The notes: a model not told the origin generated them from the letters alone. DNA of 64,000 nucleotides from Nemertoderma westbladi (GCA_032718475.1 JAUCBJ010005512.1:62001-126000); one strand, 5' to 3'. Counted from the first letter of the stretch, positions 24,808-39,337 are shown. Numbers and translations are program-made.

Positions 24808-25529
24808 TAAGTGTAATGTAAGAGGTGCTTTTATCACTTTATTTATTCTACATTGAAATTCTACATTTACAATATGCAAACCTTCAGCTGTGATTACGGC
24901 ACGTGAGGCTGTTATTACTTATTCTATGCAAAACTTGTAACATACTCAACTCCGTTAGTATTGACTGACAGCTATTATAGTTGTAATATACGGAATTGTA
25001 CGGAATAACAGCTGTGATGTTCACAGTTCTAGACGATATTTTTCAATGAAACTACACCTCAATTTTTTTTGCTATAATGATAAACTAATTAAATTTAGCT
25101 GTCTGCCGGCATTTTGGCAGAACGGGATATGAATAGTCTAGCCATGCCGATAAATATATTCAAATATTAGCTAGGACCAACAAGCACACTGTGCCGGTGC
25201 AGTCAACTGTATACGGTAATCTTAGAAATTATTCTGACTGAATCGTTAACTACGTTTATATTCTAAAAATTACCTTATAAAATTTGAGAAACTGCAACGA
25301 CAATATGTAACTTAATTTACGGTGTTCTGATTCTCGTGGCTTTATTTTTTCTAGCTTACAACATTCGCTCTTTGAGAAAGGGAGGTAGGTGGTAGAGCGG
25401 TTACTCACCATACTTCTACTACTGCCACTGTAAAATAAATAAATAACACAAAATAAATATCTTACGCGCGGATAAGCCTAGATACTTTACGGGTCTTATA
25501 AAAGAACTATCACAGTTGTTGGTTACTAC

Positions 25530-25965
25530 TACTTATAATCGGCCTGCTGCATTGAAGCTGCACATTAAGATGCTATGCTGGCTTAAATACATTTGTACCC
25601 CCCAACCATGCAATCCACAATTGGCAAGCCCCAATGCAGCGTGCATTAAAATTTCTATGCCGGCTTTTCGACAAAATTTTGCCGCCACAACTCCCTATCC
25701 CCCATGACTTTCGCGAAATTATCCGCATCTTCAAGGCCAGTGTCCTTTAAGATGCGTCTCAAGAATGTCATGGGCTGTCCACAATGCTTATTCACTCCAT
25801 GGGGTCGCCAAAGTACAAGATTATGCACTGGCTGGTCCTCACGGCGAAAGCAAAGTCCTGCAAAGCGGAGGCGATTTTGTTCTAGTGTCAAGCTTGGGGG
25901 AACCAATGAGACACCTCCAATGTTATATAGTGTCTGGTTGGAGATGTGTGCATTGTACTTGGGTT
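25530..25965 (-). mobile_element. 3' fragment of the same RTE-like family as 7720-9400
   Basis: KYNAHISNQTLYNIGGVSLVPPSLTLEQNRLRF...GDRELWR nearly identical to the end of ORF 7760..8833. Confidence 0.9.
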
Positions 25966-26429
25966 GATTACGGGTTGTTTCGTGTTTCAAGTTTATTTGT
26001 TCGTGTATTAAGACAATGGGATCGCAACACTGTAAAGTACTACTTTACTCGCCACATATGTAAATATTTATTATGCATTGGGCCGGGGGGGGGGGGGGGG
26101 GGGGGATTTCTGAAATATATTTCGTAATAATTATATATGTTATTCTCTTGTTTCCAAGTAATATAGGTTGTATATCATATAATATTTATCCACACCACTT
26201 TTATATATTATATGTGTTACCTTTGTCCTAATTAATACGTTGCCTTATTTAAATGGAAAACATAGGTGTTTATTATGCCAACCAGCTGACAGTACATTCT
26301 TTGTCACTAACTAAAGGGTCATTTCCTTTTGTTGTTGATACTTATTAAATGCTTTAGCAGATTTTGAAAGTTTGATTTCCATTCGATTTTACTACCTTTT
26401 TTTTATTTAATTGTTGATGTTGATAAATA

Positions 26430-26741
26430 CCGTATTTACTCGAATAAGAGCCTGGGCGTTGGCAATTGGGGAGGCGTATATTCGAGGGGGGCGTTTATTC
26501 GGGGAAGGCGTTTATTCGGGGAATTGACAAATAAAACCAGGATTATCTTTATTACAATGCAGCCCATTACAGCGGTACAACACCCTAACTACATTTACCT
26601 TCAGTCTTAACAATCAGTTAACTCTCAACAATGTTAACGTCCCACATTGTAATATTATTAAACGCCGGGGCGTTTATTCGGGGTCAGGCGTTTAAGTTGC
26701 TAATTTGATGGTAAGGGGGGCCTTTATTCGAGTAAATACGG
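26430..26741. mobile_element. Tc1/mariner (pogo-like) MITE
   Basis: TA|CCGTATTTACTCGAATAA ... TTATTCGAGTAAATACGG|TA; internal GGCGTTTATTCG repeats. Confidence 0.88.
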
Positions 26742-27929
26742 TATGTTAGTTTGTGAAACCTTTTGAGTGGGTTGTATTCCTCGTGCAATAAACTATGTGC
26801 ATGCACCTGTACCTACTTTGATTTAATGTTATATTTATTTATTATTTTACGGTTGGCATGGCTTTTAGTGCTATCGCTATCACACTATCAGTATAAATTA
26901 ATTATATTAATCAAAACAGTAATTTTTTTTATATAAACACGGGGGGCCGATTTATGGGGTATTAGGAGAAGGGGGAGGGGGGGGGGGGCTCCCTATTGCT
27001 ATTAAATCAGTCAATGTAGCATAAAAACAAAAGTAATTTGTATTCATTCGAAACGACATTATTTCGAATTCCAAAAAAAGCTTTAGAATTTTATATTGCA
27101 GATCATGAAAATTCTACAGAAGGTGGCATAGAGTATCCACGAAGTGGGGCCTTCGCGCAGCACGTGAGATAAATTTACTTTCAGTATCCACTCGAAAAGA
27201 TTTTAAGCAAATATGTACCCTAATCACTTGCACTCCTGGTGTGTGGTAGTGGATAGCTGCAGAAGATTCAACACCTCACAAAAACTCGATCTATGGTCTA
27301 GAAAATACGTGCCATGTATTTTATATTCAGGTTAGAAGGATTATACAGAGATTTCGCCCTCTAGCGGCAGCCTATAGAGTCCTGCGGACCGATTACCGCA
27401 GCCAGTTAATCATATTATGTGGAAATTTTTGGGAAACATTTTTTTATATAGTATTATTTAGTAGAGAAGTTGTGTTAATAGGTTTAGTACATTAACATTG
27501 AAAATAATAATGCAAAATGATTAAATTAATTCCTCATTACCTTGGAAACTAAATTGAGAACTACATTATGTATGTACTGTAACTACAAGTAACAGCAGAC
27601 TATCAGTAGATCTGGTCATTGTTAATCCTTTGATTTAGGTAACATTGTACGCACTTCTTAAACAAAAATAGGAAGACCTACATCGACCTACTGTAGGCCT
27701 ATGCAACATAGTTCCATGTTTTATGTAACATAAGCTTACATTATGCCCCACGCTGCTTCGACTGCCAGGGCACTCAATCCAAACTCATCGGTATCGGATT
27801 GTGCCGTTGGTGCAAGGACGCAGGCCAGAATGCACCTGCCAAACCAGTTTACAATAGCGGTCCACGACGCGGTTCATCTGTCAACAAATCACACAGTCAA
27901 GAATTGAATGACGCAACTTTAATAATTGA

Positions 27930-28075
27930 GTCCCACCTGGTCGTAGCCTAATGGTTGCCTTGAATTCACGTCTCTCCGGATCGTGGGTTCGATCCCTGCA
28001 TGGGGTCCAGTGTAGTTTTTCTTTCCGCACGAATGTTTAAGGGGACTAGCCAGGGTGCAACTGTCTGCCTTGCAT
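27930..28075 (+). mobile_element. tRNA-derived SINE copy
   Basis: TAGCCTAATGG and GGTTCGATCCC boxes; homologous to 12003-12140. Confidence 0.6.
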
Positions 28076-29479
28076 AAACGGTGTCCCGTAATATCATTGT
28101 TTTCCGTAATATTATAAAATCCGTAATACTCATTGTAATTTTCTGATGACTCTTCCAATAGATATAAATAAAGATATAAAAAATTCGCGCAATAAATAAA
28201 TTAAATTATTGAAGTTTGATATCCGAATAAAAACTTACAGTATTACGTCTTGGCCTCCCACTACTTGTTGGGGCTCACTCAACGTGTTGGCGGGCAGTCT
28301 ACTGTAGAATGTGATACCTTGAAGCAATTCCCACGCAGACACTAGAAGCTCTGTGGAGTTGGTGAAATTATTTGTTCAAGCAAATTTTCTGGTGAAATCA
28401 GTGCATTGAAAACCTTGATGTTACATGGCGGCATTGTTGGATATTAGACTGCGACCATTTTCTAGAAGAGAATGCTGGAGAGTCCCCTATTATATTAATA
28501 TTATAATATAATTAATAATATATACTATAATCTAATATTTTGTATAATATAATATCTATATAATAATAATAATAATCTGTAATAAATATAATATATAATC
28601 TAATATAATATAATATTAATCTAAATATAATATTCTATATAATATAAACTAATATTTTGTCAAGGAGATGCATCATGGTATTATATGCTACAGTACAACA
28701 TTTGCGATGATAAAATATATTTGTGGTAGGCCTACATCACATTCATTTATAATTTCTGAGATTGCCAAGATAAGATCCCTTTCGAATGGTTGCTGCTCTT
28801 TGTAACGCTTTCCAGGAGTCATGAGTTATTGGAGTGATAGATAGATTGATTGATTGATTGAGCCCATAGGACTCGTATAATATCCAATATAATGATGTAA
28901 TAAATTTAAACCTATACCTAACACGATTAAACTAAAATATTTAATGAGAGCATGCACGTGTTACCAACCCAACCCACCCCCCTGAGGCCTTAGGATAATG
29001 ACTGTACGATATTGTTTAGTAGTTACAACTGCCTAAGTCTAGTTAGTAAATCTTCAGTATAAATCTAAAGAAAACAATTGCACCCGAATTCCGACTTCAA
29101 CCAAAGTACTAACATCAGCAAAGCATAGCTTATCCGCCGAGGTGAGCACTGTAAATGTGAGAAATAAAATAACACTGTGCATTAAAAATTTACTTTATAG
29201 TCATTTTGAAATTCATTGCGAACAATTTATATTTCTTAAACAGAAATTTATAAACAGAGAGAAGAAGAATAATCGTTATATGGAAATCATTACGGTACAC
29301 AAATAAGTGAAGTAAACAAAGGCGATTCTGGCTTTTTTTGGTTATTATTGTTGGTTATTATTGAGTCTATGTGGCTCTCGAGAGATTGCAAATGAAAATT
29401 CATCATAGAATTATAGATAGGATAATCAATGGAACTGTACTAATACTTTTCATTTAGTAAAAATTGGTAAAGAACGATG

Positions 29480-30220
29480 CACGTTATGAATCATAGGTGT
29501 TTAGGATGTAGTTTTGAATTTTAGTTTTGAATTGTGGCAGGGAAGTGCATTGTTTAATATCCGTCTGAAGCTCGTTCCATAATGCAGGGCCTTGGTACAT
29601 GATACCGCTCTTAGCTAATGCTGTTTTATATAGGGGCAAGTGATAATTAGCAGCATTTCTTGTTGGATAAGAGTGTACCTGTCGATTGAGTATCAGTTTG
29701 GAACTCAATTCGAGGATGTTCTATGTTTATAGATTAATTTGACACATTGTAACCGATAGGAATCCTGAAGTTTTAGTACTTTTAAATATTTGAAAAGTGG
29801 TTCGGCGTGAACTGTTTTGGATTTCAGTGAGACGACACGACACGTATTATTTTATTCTGCAATTTTATCAGTGGTTTAAGAGTTGACTCTGTCGCACTGA
29901 AACCCCACAGTATCAGACCAAAAGATAAGTAAGATGTAAGAGTGTATGATATAACATGATACGTATAGTTTCAGGAATGAAATGTTTCAGTTTATTGATA
30001 ATTCCAACGTTTTTAGAAATATTTGATCTTATAATTAAAGTGTGTTTTCCACTTGAAGTCGTTTGATAGCATAAGACCAAGAAACTTTATTGTGGTTACT
30101 TCTGGAATAGAGGCATTATATATTTGTAGATGTGGTAAGATTAAATTTGAAGGACGTTTCTGTTTGAATACCATGAAATTAGTTTTATCAATATTAAGAG
30201 TAAGTTGTATGTCACCTTCA
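29480..30220 (-). pseudogene. Decayed CR1/L2-like LINE ORF2 3' end
   Basis: HSYPTRN..LPLYKT..YQGPALWNEL..FKTKI tail; upstream remnants LNIDKTNFMVF, KFLG and SKNVGII. Confidence 0.7.
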
Positions 30221-30599
30221 TTTTATGTAGGTAGTGAATGTACAGTATATATTGAAGGCAGCTAAGGTACTGTATATGAAAAACACTCTGAAAAACACAA
30301 TTCTGACGAGTTGCCATGGGATCTTGAAACTAAAAACATAATGCATTTTTTTCCGGATATTCGATATAGTGGGGGTGGAGGTTGATTTAATGACGCTCCG
30401 GAAATTATATAGCCCGTTTCTAGTTAAAGTTACCCGTTGCCATGTCAACTACAAGCAAGCAAGTAGTGCATACTATATTGCTTATACTGACTTGATATAT
30501 TGGTGGTAGACTCTGATCCCATGACGCTAAGACCATTGCATATGGATTACGCTCGTTTAAAGCCTGTTGCTAAGGACATTGTCAATACTGTGAACTTGA

Positions 30600-31030
30600 A
30601 GGTCGTTTTCACTTTGGTTGCGATGGTATTTTCAAAAAACTAAAATCATAAAACGGCTGGCCCTGATGGGATATCGAACGAATCTCTAAAGTTCGGCTTA
30701 GGTGTCCTTCTTTCTTCCCTTTCTACTAGCTCTCTTCTCAGCCTGCTTCTCACTTGCAAAGTGCCCAGTTGCTTGGTTGACATTAGTATCACCTGCCACT
30801 GTACAAAGGGGAGGGATTTAAATCCTCCCCAGCTTCGTATCGTGCGTTTACTGTCCTGTATGCTCAAAACATACACGACAGTTCTCTATAATAGACTATA
30901 TACCGGTACTGTACGTGGGCTGAAGCACACAGAATACTGCCAGATTGCCAGTATGGCTTCAGGAGAGGCCGCTCTGCGTTACATGCTGCTACAGCACTTC
31001 TGGCCGTTATCCACTTTGCTTCGAGTACAC
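30600..31030 (+). pseudogene. Decayed LINE RT fragment
   Basis: AGPDGISNESLK (~30656) and QYGFRRGRS (~30949) across frameshifts. Confidence 0.55.
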
Positions 31031-32715
31031 CCCGTGTGTTTGTCGATTACTCGAACCCTGCAAACCACCAACGTTAATCTAACGTTGGGTTTATATGTCA
31101 AGACATCATAGGTTTAAAATTAACAGTTAGAATTTAACCAAAAACCTATGTGAAAATACTTTAGAATTCTGCCATTTTTTAACGTTAATTTTGAAAGTAA
31201 TTTTACGTAAAAAATATACAAAAATATCAGACAATACCACATTTTTTAACGTTAATCAACGTTTATTTTGTAACGTTAATTATTAACATTAATATAGCAT
31301 TAATTTACGTCAAAATTTAACAATGATCAACCCTGAATCATCAGTAAGTAGGCTTACATAAACGCATTGTCGGCCTGACCATCACGTAATTATGCACTGT
31401 TATTTTAGGCTAAATTATATTTTTTTAAATATTATTTTAAAACTTTTGTTCCTAGTCAGCATTAATGTACCAGTAGACCCAATGATCAAACTGTAGGACA
31501 AATGGTTGAATTCAATGATGTGACAATTCCATTGTTATGATCGTTCTGACGATTTCCAATCGAGTCTCACTCAAATAGCTATCTGATTTTTTCTATCTGG
31601 TGCCATATGGGGAGGGTCGAAATAGTGAGTATTATTACTGTTTATTACTATAAAAATAGTTGTAATAGTTAAAAATACTGTAGGAACCTGTCATAATGAT
31701 TTTATTATACCAGACAGACCTTAGCCTTTAGAACCCACTTCTTTTATGCACAATCCATTACAGGCATGAGATTTCTTCTTAATAATTGTTTTCCTCACGT
31801 GTACGGGCATGTAAGCTACAAAAACGTTAAACATATACTAGACAATATTATGTATTATATTCTCCCATATTTTTCAAAGATTGGAAAATATTACAGCTGG
31901 CAAATGAGGACGCAATCAAAATTAATCCCTCTCCAGGGGAAAATCGACGCAAATAACGGCTGGGCTGAGGTTGATGATACTCGCTAAAATAACATTGTAA
32001 CCTGTTCTGTTGACTTTACAGCAGTTTATCGTTTGTTTGGAATAGCGTGCCACTGTGACCTGCGCCCCAGTACCTATCCAATGGATCCCACCACATGATT
32101 TACCGGAGAAGAAGCTGCTGGAGAGCTTCCCCTACGTGCATCTGTCTCTCCTATGTAGCGGCCAGACACGCTGTAACCTGTGCAGGAATCCTAACCACTG
32201 CGTCAACTTTTAAACTGCGCAATGAACCGATTGTTGGCCGCCTAACTCTTTTAAACTCTTAAATTATCTTATCCTAATTACTACTAATTAACCCTCTCTC
32301 TATAAACTATAATGTGTTTTTGTGTTCTTTGCCTTAGTGTATATTTTATATACAGAAGTAATAGTACAATAGAAACCCCAACCTACTGTATGGTGGTATA
32401 ATAAAAGTCCTTATTTAAAAAAAACTAAATATGCAATTAAATTCTTCATATCCAAAATAGTAATCTTCCATTAAATTTCAACTCGTCATATTTACTATAA
32501 GAGCTGTTGCTATGACAATTTCCTCCGTTGCTATGTTTAAGACCCTTTAAAAAACCAGCCCAACCATTGGCGAAGTCTACCCAAATTTTTAATAATGTCC
32601 CATATCTGTACTAAACATCCATGTAGGGTAGCTCAGTCATATAAAAAATTCCTAAGGGGTTATAGGCTGAAGCCTTATTAACACTTTTCCCAGATGGAAT
32701 GGGGAAGTATAATGT

Positions 32716-32750
<35 letters not shown>

Positions 32751-33686
32751 CTGTTTAATTCTCTAAAATCAAATAAGTGAAAATAAAGTTATACATATAA
32801 CTTTAGGTCAATACAGAGATGGCACACTCAGCCATGCTTATAAAGAGCACCACAAAGTGATTAAGTAAAATACAGTATGGCTATAATTAAAACACAAGGA
32901 GAACATATGATACTTAAAAATATATTAAATCGGAAAAGCTACCTACAGTACAGTATGTACTTGTACAGTACAGTACAAGCGATGCAGTTTATTAGTAGAA
33001 TCGTCACTAGCTACTCAATGAGGTGGCCATAGGACATCATACATATGGAATCCTTCCAGTTCCCTTTACAATGATCAAGTAAGTTAATATTATTGATTGC
33101 CTTGCGGAATGTTGGTAAACTGGGGCACCGCAAATAAGTCGTCGCAGACTATTTGCGACTTCCGCAATAATATGCGAGTTACAGTACTTGGGCCACGTTT
33201 CCTATAACCAACCACTCAACCAGTAACACGCAGTCTGTAGATGTTTGTCTTATATTTTTAAACATTAGGATTTTTTTGTCTATAACAATAAGGATCAGTC
33301 TGAGCTCAATAGCTAGTCAGTCATTCATTACAGCATTACACATTACTGCATTACCTGTAGGGGTTAATCAGTCTGTCTGCAGGCTGCTGGTCTGTAGTCA
33401 GGTAGTTTACAGCACAGGCAACCTGCACTGCGACTGCCTGACTGCAGGAGTACTGGAACTGGAACTGGAGTAAAACTGCAGTAGCATAGCAGTAGGCCTA
33501 CTGCTACTGCAGTAGTCCCTATACTGCTATACAGCTATAGTTCCTGCAGTCCTAGTCCATGTGTGTGTTATCCCTACAGCACAGTCCCTATCTGCCTATG
33601 CTGCGCTGCTATATGCCATCATTGCAGCATTCATCAGTTGATTGCATTGCCGCGTCGTTCCCGTAGCGCCGTAGGCTTATCAGCTT

Positions 33687-35042
33687 ATGGTTATGGAAAA
33701 TTATTCGCAAAACCTACCCGAAACCAACCCGATTTATACCCAATACAGAGGCGGGATCAATCCCGGTAGAGCTCCCTGTGATACGAACTCGATGGATCCA
33801 GGAGGGCTAACACCAGCCCAGTTAGCGCATCGAGAGAAACAACAAAGTATTCTTAACGAAATGAAACAAATGTTATTCCCTAGCAACCCGGTTTCTTCTG
33901 GGGAATACCTTTATGTTAATTCTCAGCAAACTGAAATATATACCGGTACTGGGAACTTTATGAATCCCCACTACCCGGCGCCAGCGACAGGAAATCCCAC
34001 CAATCATAATTTAGGCTTAGCTAATTCTGGTGTAAATCCCTGTCGTTTCGATAATCTAACAGTCTACGAAGATAACGGTCGATTCCATAATTATAATTCC
34101 TCGGCCCCGTTGCGCAATGACTGTAGGCCCACCGATCATTCTTCTAGAAGAAACCCGTCTTACCATAACGAAAACTTCAACCGTGAATTCGGCCAAACGC
34201 CGGCCGATTTACACCAACAAATTGGCTATACTAACGGCTACCGGGAAGTCACGAGCCATCCACCACGCCGCGTTCGCGAGAGTTGGAATCCCGCAACTAA
34301 TAAACCGAGCTCCCTCCAACTACTCGGTCAGATGTGTCGCGATACATCGTACACGGACGCAACCCCACTGCCGCCCACCGCTGCACCACAACCCACCGCT
34401 GCACCGCAACCCACCGCTGCGTCGGTAACCAACCCTTATCATCACCAGTACACACAGAATCACCACCGGGACTTCCATATCCATCCGCAATACGGTGGTA
34501 CTAACGGTTGTCAGGATAACCAGATGGTTTTTAACGAATTCCCTTCTGACGTTTTTCCGGGAATTTTCGGTGAATCTGAAACTGATTGGAATTACAACGA
34601 CTGCGAAAATTTTGACGATTTCTCTTGGTGCGAGCAAATCGCCGATATAATATCCTCGCCTGGTAGGGAAGAGACGTCCAGTCGCAACGAGTCATTCTAC
34701 GCGGTGCCACAACAGTGGCAACAGCAGCGCGTAGTCCCACCCCCGCCACATACAGCGCCACCCTCCACCGAGCAGTGGCGCCCTGAGCGGCCCAAACAAT
34801 GGCGGCAATGTGTGGCGCCGTCGAATACTGTGGCGCCGCCCGGGGAGCAGAGGTGGCGTTCTTCTGGGAGGCCGCAGCCCGAGCAGTGGCGCAGCCAACC
34901 CGAGCAGTGGCGCGCCCAACCCGAGCAGTGGCGCACCGGACGCCAACCCGAACTCCCCAACCCCCTAGAGACGCTGCAGACCCTGGCTATTCTCGCCTCC
35001 GGCGGTAGGAATCCGCCAAAAAGTAATTTAGGAAAAATTTAA
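33687..35042 (+). CDS. 451-aa low-complexity protein with a BCL9/Legless HD2-like beta-catenin-binding motif
   Basis: GLTPAQLAHREKQQSILNEMKQMLFP (33804-33881) resembles BCL9 HD2 (GLSxEQLEHRExxLxxLxxIQxMLFP); the rest is P/Q/N-rich with PEQWR repeats. Confidence 0.65.
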   Translation: MVMENYSQNLPETNPIYTQYRGGINPGRAPCDTNSMDPGGLTPAQLAHREKQQSILNEMKQMLFPSNPVSSGEYLYVNSQQTEIYTGTGNFMNPHYPAPATGNPTNHNLGLANSGVNPCRFDNLTVYEDNGRFHNYNSSAPLRNDCRPTDHSSRRNPSYHNENFNREFGQTPADLHQQIGYTNGYREVTSHPPRRVRESWNPATNKPSSLQLLGQMCRDTSYTDATPLPPTAAPQPTAAPQPTAASVTNPYHHQYTQNHHRDFHIHPQYGGTNGCQDNQMVFNEFPSDVFPGIFGESETDWNYNDCENFDDFSWCEQIADIISSPGREETSSRNESFYAVPQQWQQQRVVPPPPHTAPPSTEQWRPERPKQWRQCVAPSNTVAPPGEQRWRSSGRPQPEQWRSQPEQWRAQPEQWRTGRQPELPNPLETLQTLAILASGGRNPPKSNLGKI

Positions 35043-38000
35043 TCGATTGGATAAAAAAATTAGCTGACAGATTATCAATTTTTTTTAATAACCTCAAAAG
35101 GTTTTCAAATAATATCATACCTTTCTCTAGAATTGTTGATGACTTGAAAATTTAATTTAATTGAAAAACGGCTAAGTTTTTGGAATAACAATTTAACCCG
35201 TTTTCCCCCTATTAGTTAAATTTAGTGCTGTTCATTTGGGAATTCCGTTCATCTGCATTGACCGGTGTATTTTCCGCCAATGCTGCAATCAATCTCTATG
35301 CCTGTTGACTATCTACATTTAATTGCTTAAAACTAATAATTAATATCGCCTTAAACCATAAAACTTAAATCTTAAACAAAAAAAAAACTTAAACCATAAA
35401 ACTTAAACAAAAAAAATAAAATCTTAAACCATAAAACAAAACATTAGGGATGGGCTGATTGTTTTATTTAATTAATAGTAATCGAGAGTTAGAAAGCGAT
35501 CAAATCAGCATCATTTTATATAATTCCTTAAAAAAAACATTTATTAAATTTCATATCGAACGAGCTTTTTTCATTGGATATAAAACAGCTGATATTAACT
35601 GAGTTTTTAGTAAATCTTTATCAAATTATATAAAGAACAATATTTAATATTTAGTAGAAAGCGAGTGTGGAATTAAATAAACTGGGGGGGGGGGGGGGGG
35701 GGGGGCTGGACGCAAATCCCACTGCGGCAAATTAATTTTTCGTATCGCTCGCAAATAATAATTTAAGGGAAAGGAGCAGGTTACAGTGGCACGTTATTCT
35801 ACCCAAAACAATAAACTAAAGTCAACTGGTTACAGTTTGAAATTATAATTTGGTGAGCATTTATTATTTAATACACAATAATGCTGATGTAAATATGGTA
35901 TATTATAGTTGTAATAACGTAACTTACCGACCAATCCTATGCTTATTATTTTTATTTAATTAGTTATATTATAATTAATGGGACACCAAAGATCCAATTA
36001 ATGTGCGTACCGTAGATTCTTTAGAAATACTCCATTTATTTATCATTATTTGACATTTAATTATTGACAATTCATGGCATGTTGTATTTTTCTTAAAATT
36101 TCAATATTCGGTTACCAGTAATTCAGTATGTGATTGTTATGCAACAGCTTTGGGTGCGGGAAACGAACGTAACTAATTAATGTAATTAAAGCTTCGGATA
36201 CTGTAAATAAAAGTGTTTAAACTGCCAATATTTGTAATAATTATTATTCTTTTAAAAATTCACTTTTTTATCCGCAAAAATGCGGTCATAATAACTATAT
36301 ACGTCGTTGTTTATAAAATAGCACATTATAGCGTTACGGCACAGGTGATTTTGATTAATAATTGAAGTAAATAATAGAACCAGGGCCGTAAAAGCTTTAA
36401 AGTGCTAAGTATATATGAACAATGGCGAATATAATTCTGTTTATTTGAGGGGAATTATTTGTAGTTATTCACCCAAACTTACTGGACATACTGCGATGTA
36501 AAGTAGGAAAATATGTCGCCCTGGTGATTTGGTAGTGCGAAATTAATTCCGGATACAAATAAATAAAATACTTTTTTGTTCGCATGTGCGACAAAAAAAA
36601 GTAATTATCCAATCAAAATTCTAAAATTGCGGTAATAAATTATTTATCCAATCAACGATCCAGAAGATTTTTCTTTGATTTCTCATTATTTATTCTAGAA
36701 CAGTAATTAAATTAAGTTGGTAATTATTAATAAATTTAGCATTAAAATGTTTAGTTGTAGGATCTTTTGAACAAGTTTAATGAGTTTAATCAAATTTTTG
36801 GTAAGATTATTTGATTAACGTTCTGGAATGTCACCTTCACCTTCAATAACACAGTGTAGCTAATTAATAGTAGCTATGTAGTATTATTTAATTACAAAAT
36901 GGTGCAGAATAGACATCAAATTTACGATAACTTTGTTACTTCAAATTCAACAGGGAATATTTTAAAGAAAGATTAAATGGAAGCTGCTGAGGTGCTCAAT
37001 GTACCTTCAACTTCCAATATTTGTATTTAATATTATTCATAATTAATATTAGATTATTCTAAATGTGGGTTGATTTTGGGCAAAAAGTCGTTCTTGTCAG
37101 AATTTATGCGGAGAAAAGTGAATTTTAAAAAGAAAACAACATCTTCTACAAAAATAATGTGAATTTATTCCTCAGCTACGCCTCCTCGGATAAATTGTGC
37201 TCAATCTACTATTCCTCGAAAATGCGGATAAAAAAGTCGGACAAAAAAAATAGTACTAACTTTTTGTAAAAGAAATAGTTATATTACAGCATAATATTAA
37301 TGAAAATTATGATTTGTAATTTAACCTTCGTTATTAAATTATTCAATAATTCAATAGTCTACTAATTTAATCTTATTGCTTTTTCATTAAATTTTTTTCT
37401 TAAATTCTTATTGATTGTTGAATAATTATTGTAAACCGAATGAAATTCAACCGATTTACTTGTTTTTTATTAATGCTAAATGCGTCAGTTTTTTGGCAAT
37501 AAAACATATTTTTTGAAAAATGTCATAAATATTCAAAGAAATATTCATACTTCTTCGTTGTCACAAACATTAATAATTAAATTATACGCCCACTAATTAT
37601 TATACCGTTACGTAAATGGTCACCTAGACTTCGTGGCTCGCCCCACAAGATTGATCATACCAGATGTACCTTTGTGACTATTTACATCAATACAGAAAGC
37701 TGCCCTCTGCTTTATACTGAGATCTGAGAACGAAGTCGGGACTTTTGAAGTGAACTCACTATATACCGGTTATTCACTCTCAACTTAACATTTTTGATAC
37801 ATACAGTAGGTTTTGGTGTATATTATTATAATGTTAACTTTGGTGTGTGATTTATCCTTTGATGCCTTTTTTTCTTTATTCCTATTGCCATTTTGAGCAG
37901 TTGTGTTACCGTTGAATGCCTTTATAGATGTGCCTTATGTTTCTAATTGTAAGTTATTTGTCGAATCTAATAATCTAATTAATTATTAATACATAACTCT

Positions 38001-38684
38001 GGATGATATATTGCCCGTTGAATCATTATATTTTTTTTCACCGTACAGTAAAGCTAAAGACTATTGTATTTGAAACCATATTTTAAACAAACATAACAAT
38101 GACAACTCCGCGAATTACCAAAAAAAGGGAAATGAGCATATTACAGTGACATGTCAATCCAACCAAAACAATAAATGAAAGTCAATATAACAAACAGGTT
38201 ACAGTATTACTTTTTGTCATAATCAGCAGGCAATTGGGTCGATTTTCCCCTTGAGAGGGATATATTTTGATTGCATATTATTTTGTTTTAAACTGGCTAG
38301 ACTATCCTTCGACGACTTCATCCATACACACCTGCTGCATAATGTACGAGTGTACCTAAACTGTAACAGGCCAAGAAACTATTGTTTAAACCGGATCAGT
38401 CTCTTCGGGAATTTGAATTGAATGTTTATTTATTTTTACCCATTTTATACATATATAATATATACGAAATTAATTCACACCTTATATAATATAATACATA
38501 GGTAAAGGAAGGTAGCCAATGGGATTGCTAGTGAACTGTTGCCCACCGAAGGGGCATACTGTAGTAGGTAGATTAGGAGAGGGTTCGATTGGTTAGGAAG
38601 CTATGCGCAGGTTAGGATAGAGCAGGGTAGGTTAGGATAGTACGGTGGCCCATAAGTGACAGCCATACAACATTTATAAAACAA

Positions 38685-39050
38685 TATTAACATTTAGGTT
38701 ATCAACATTAACATTTAGGTTATCAACATTAACATTTAGATTATCAACATTAACATTTAGGTTATCAAAATTAACATTTAGGTTATCAACATTAACATTT
38801 ATGTTATCAACATTAACATTTAGATTATCAACATTAACATTAAGGTTATCAACATTAACATTTAGGTTATCAACATTAACATTTAGGTTATCAACATTAA
38901 CATTTAGGTTATCAACATTAACATTTAGGTTATCAACATTAACATTTAGGTTATCAACATTAACATTTAGGTTATCAACATTAACATTTAGGTTATCAAC
39001 ATTAACATTTAGGTTATCAACATTAACATTTAGGTTATCAACATTAACAT
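38685..39050. repeat. Left subterminal 21-bp array (ACATTAACATTTAGGTTATCA)n; inverted partner at 42030-42327
   Basis: Direct tandem copies on the left, reverse-complement copies on the right. Confidence 0.95.
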
Positions 39051-39337
39051 ATAGTACCGATAGGCCTATATATTATTCGTTACAGAAAACTGAAACAACA
39101 GGAACTTACAGTACCGGTATATGATTCGCCGCAAATTACACACCATTTACCCTACCGGTATCAACATTTTAGTACCGGTACATTATTTGATACTGAAAAC
39201 TGAAACAACAGGAACTTACAGCACCGGTACCGGTATCTATCGAACCCTAGACTAGATACTAGTATGGAATTTTGAAATACATACAGTAGGCCTGTGTAGC
39301 TCTTAAAATTTGAATAAATCTGGACTTACAAAATACA

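Noticed and set aside
27355-27367. CTCF-like motifs (also ~18395-18408)
   Set aside because: Single short motif matches cannot be supported without binding data.
38801-39124. ORFs of repeating LSTLTFR (also 41941..42168)
   Set aside because: Artefacts of the stop-free 21-bp subterminal repeats.
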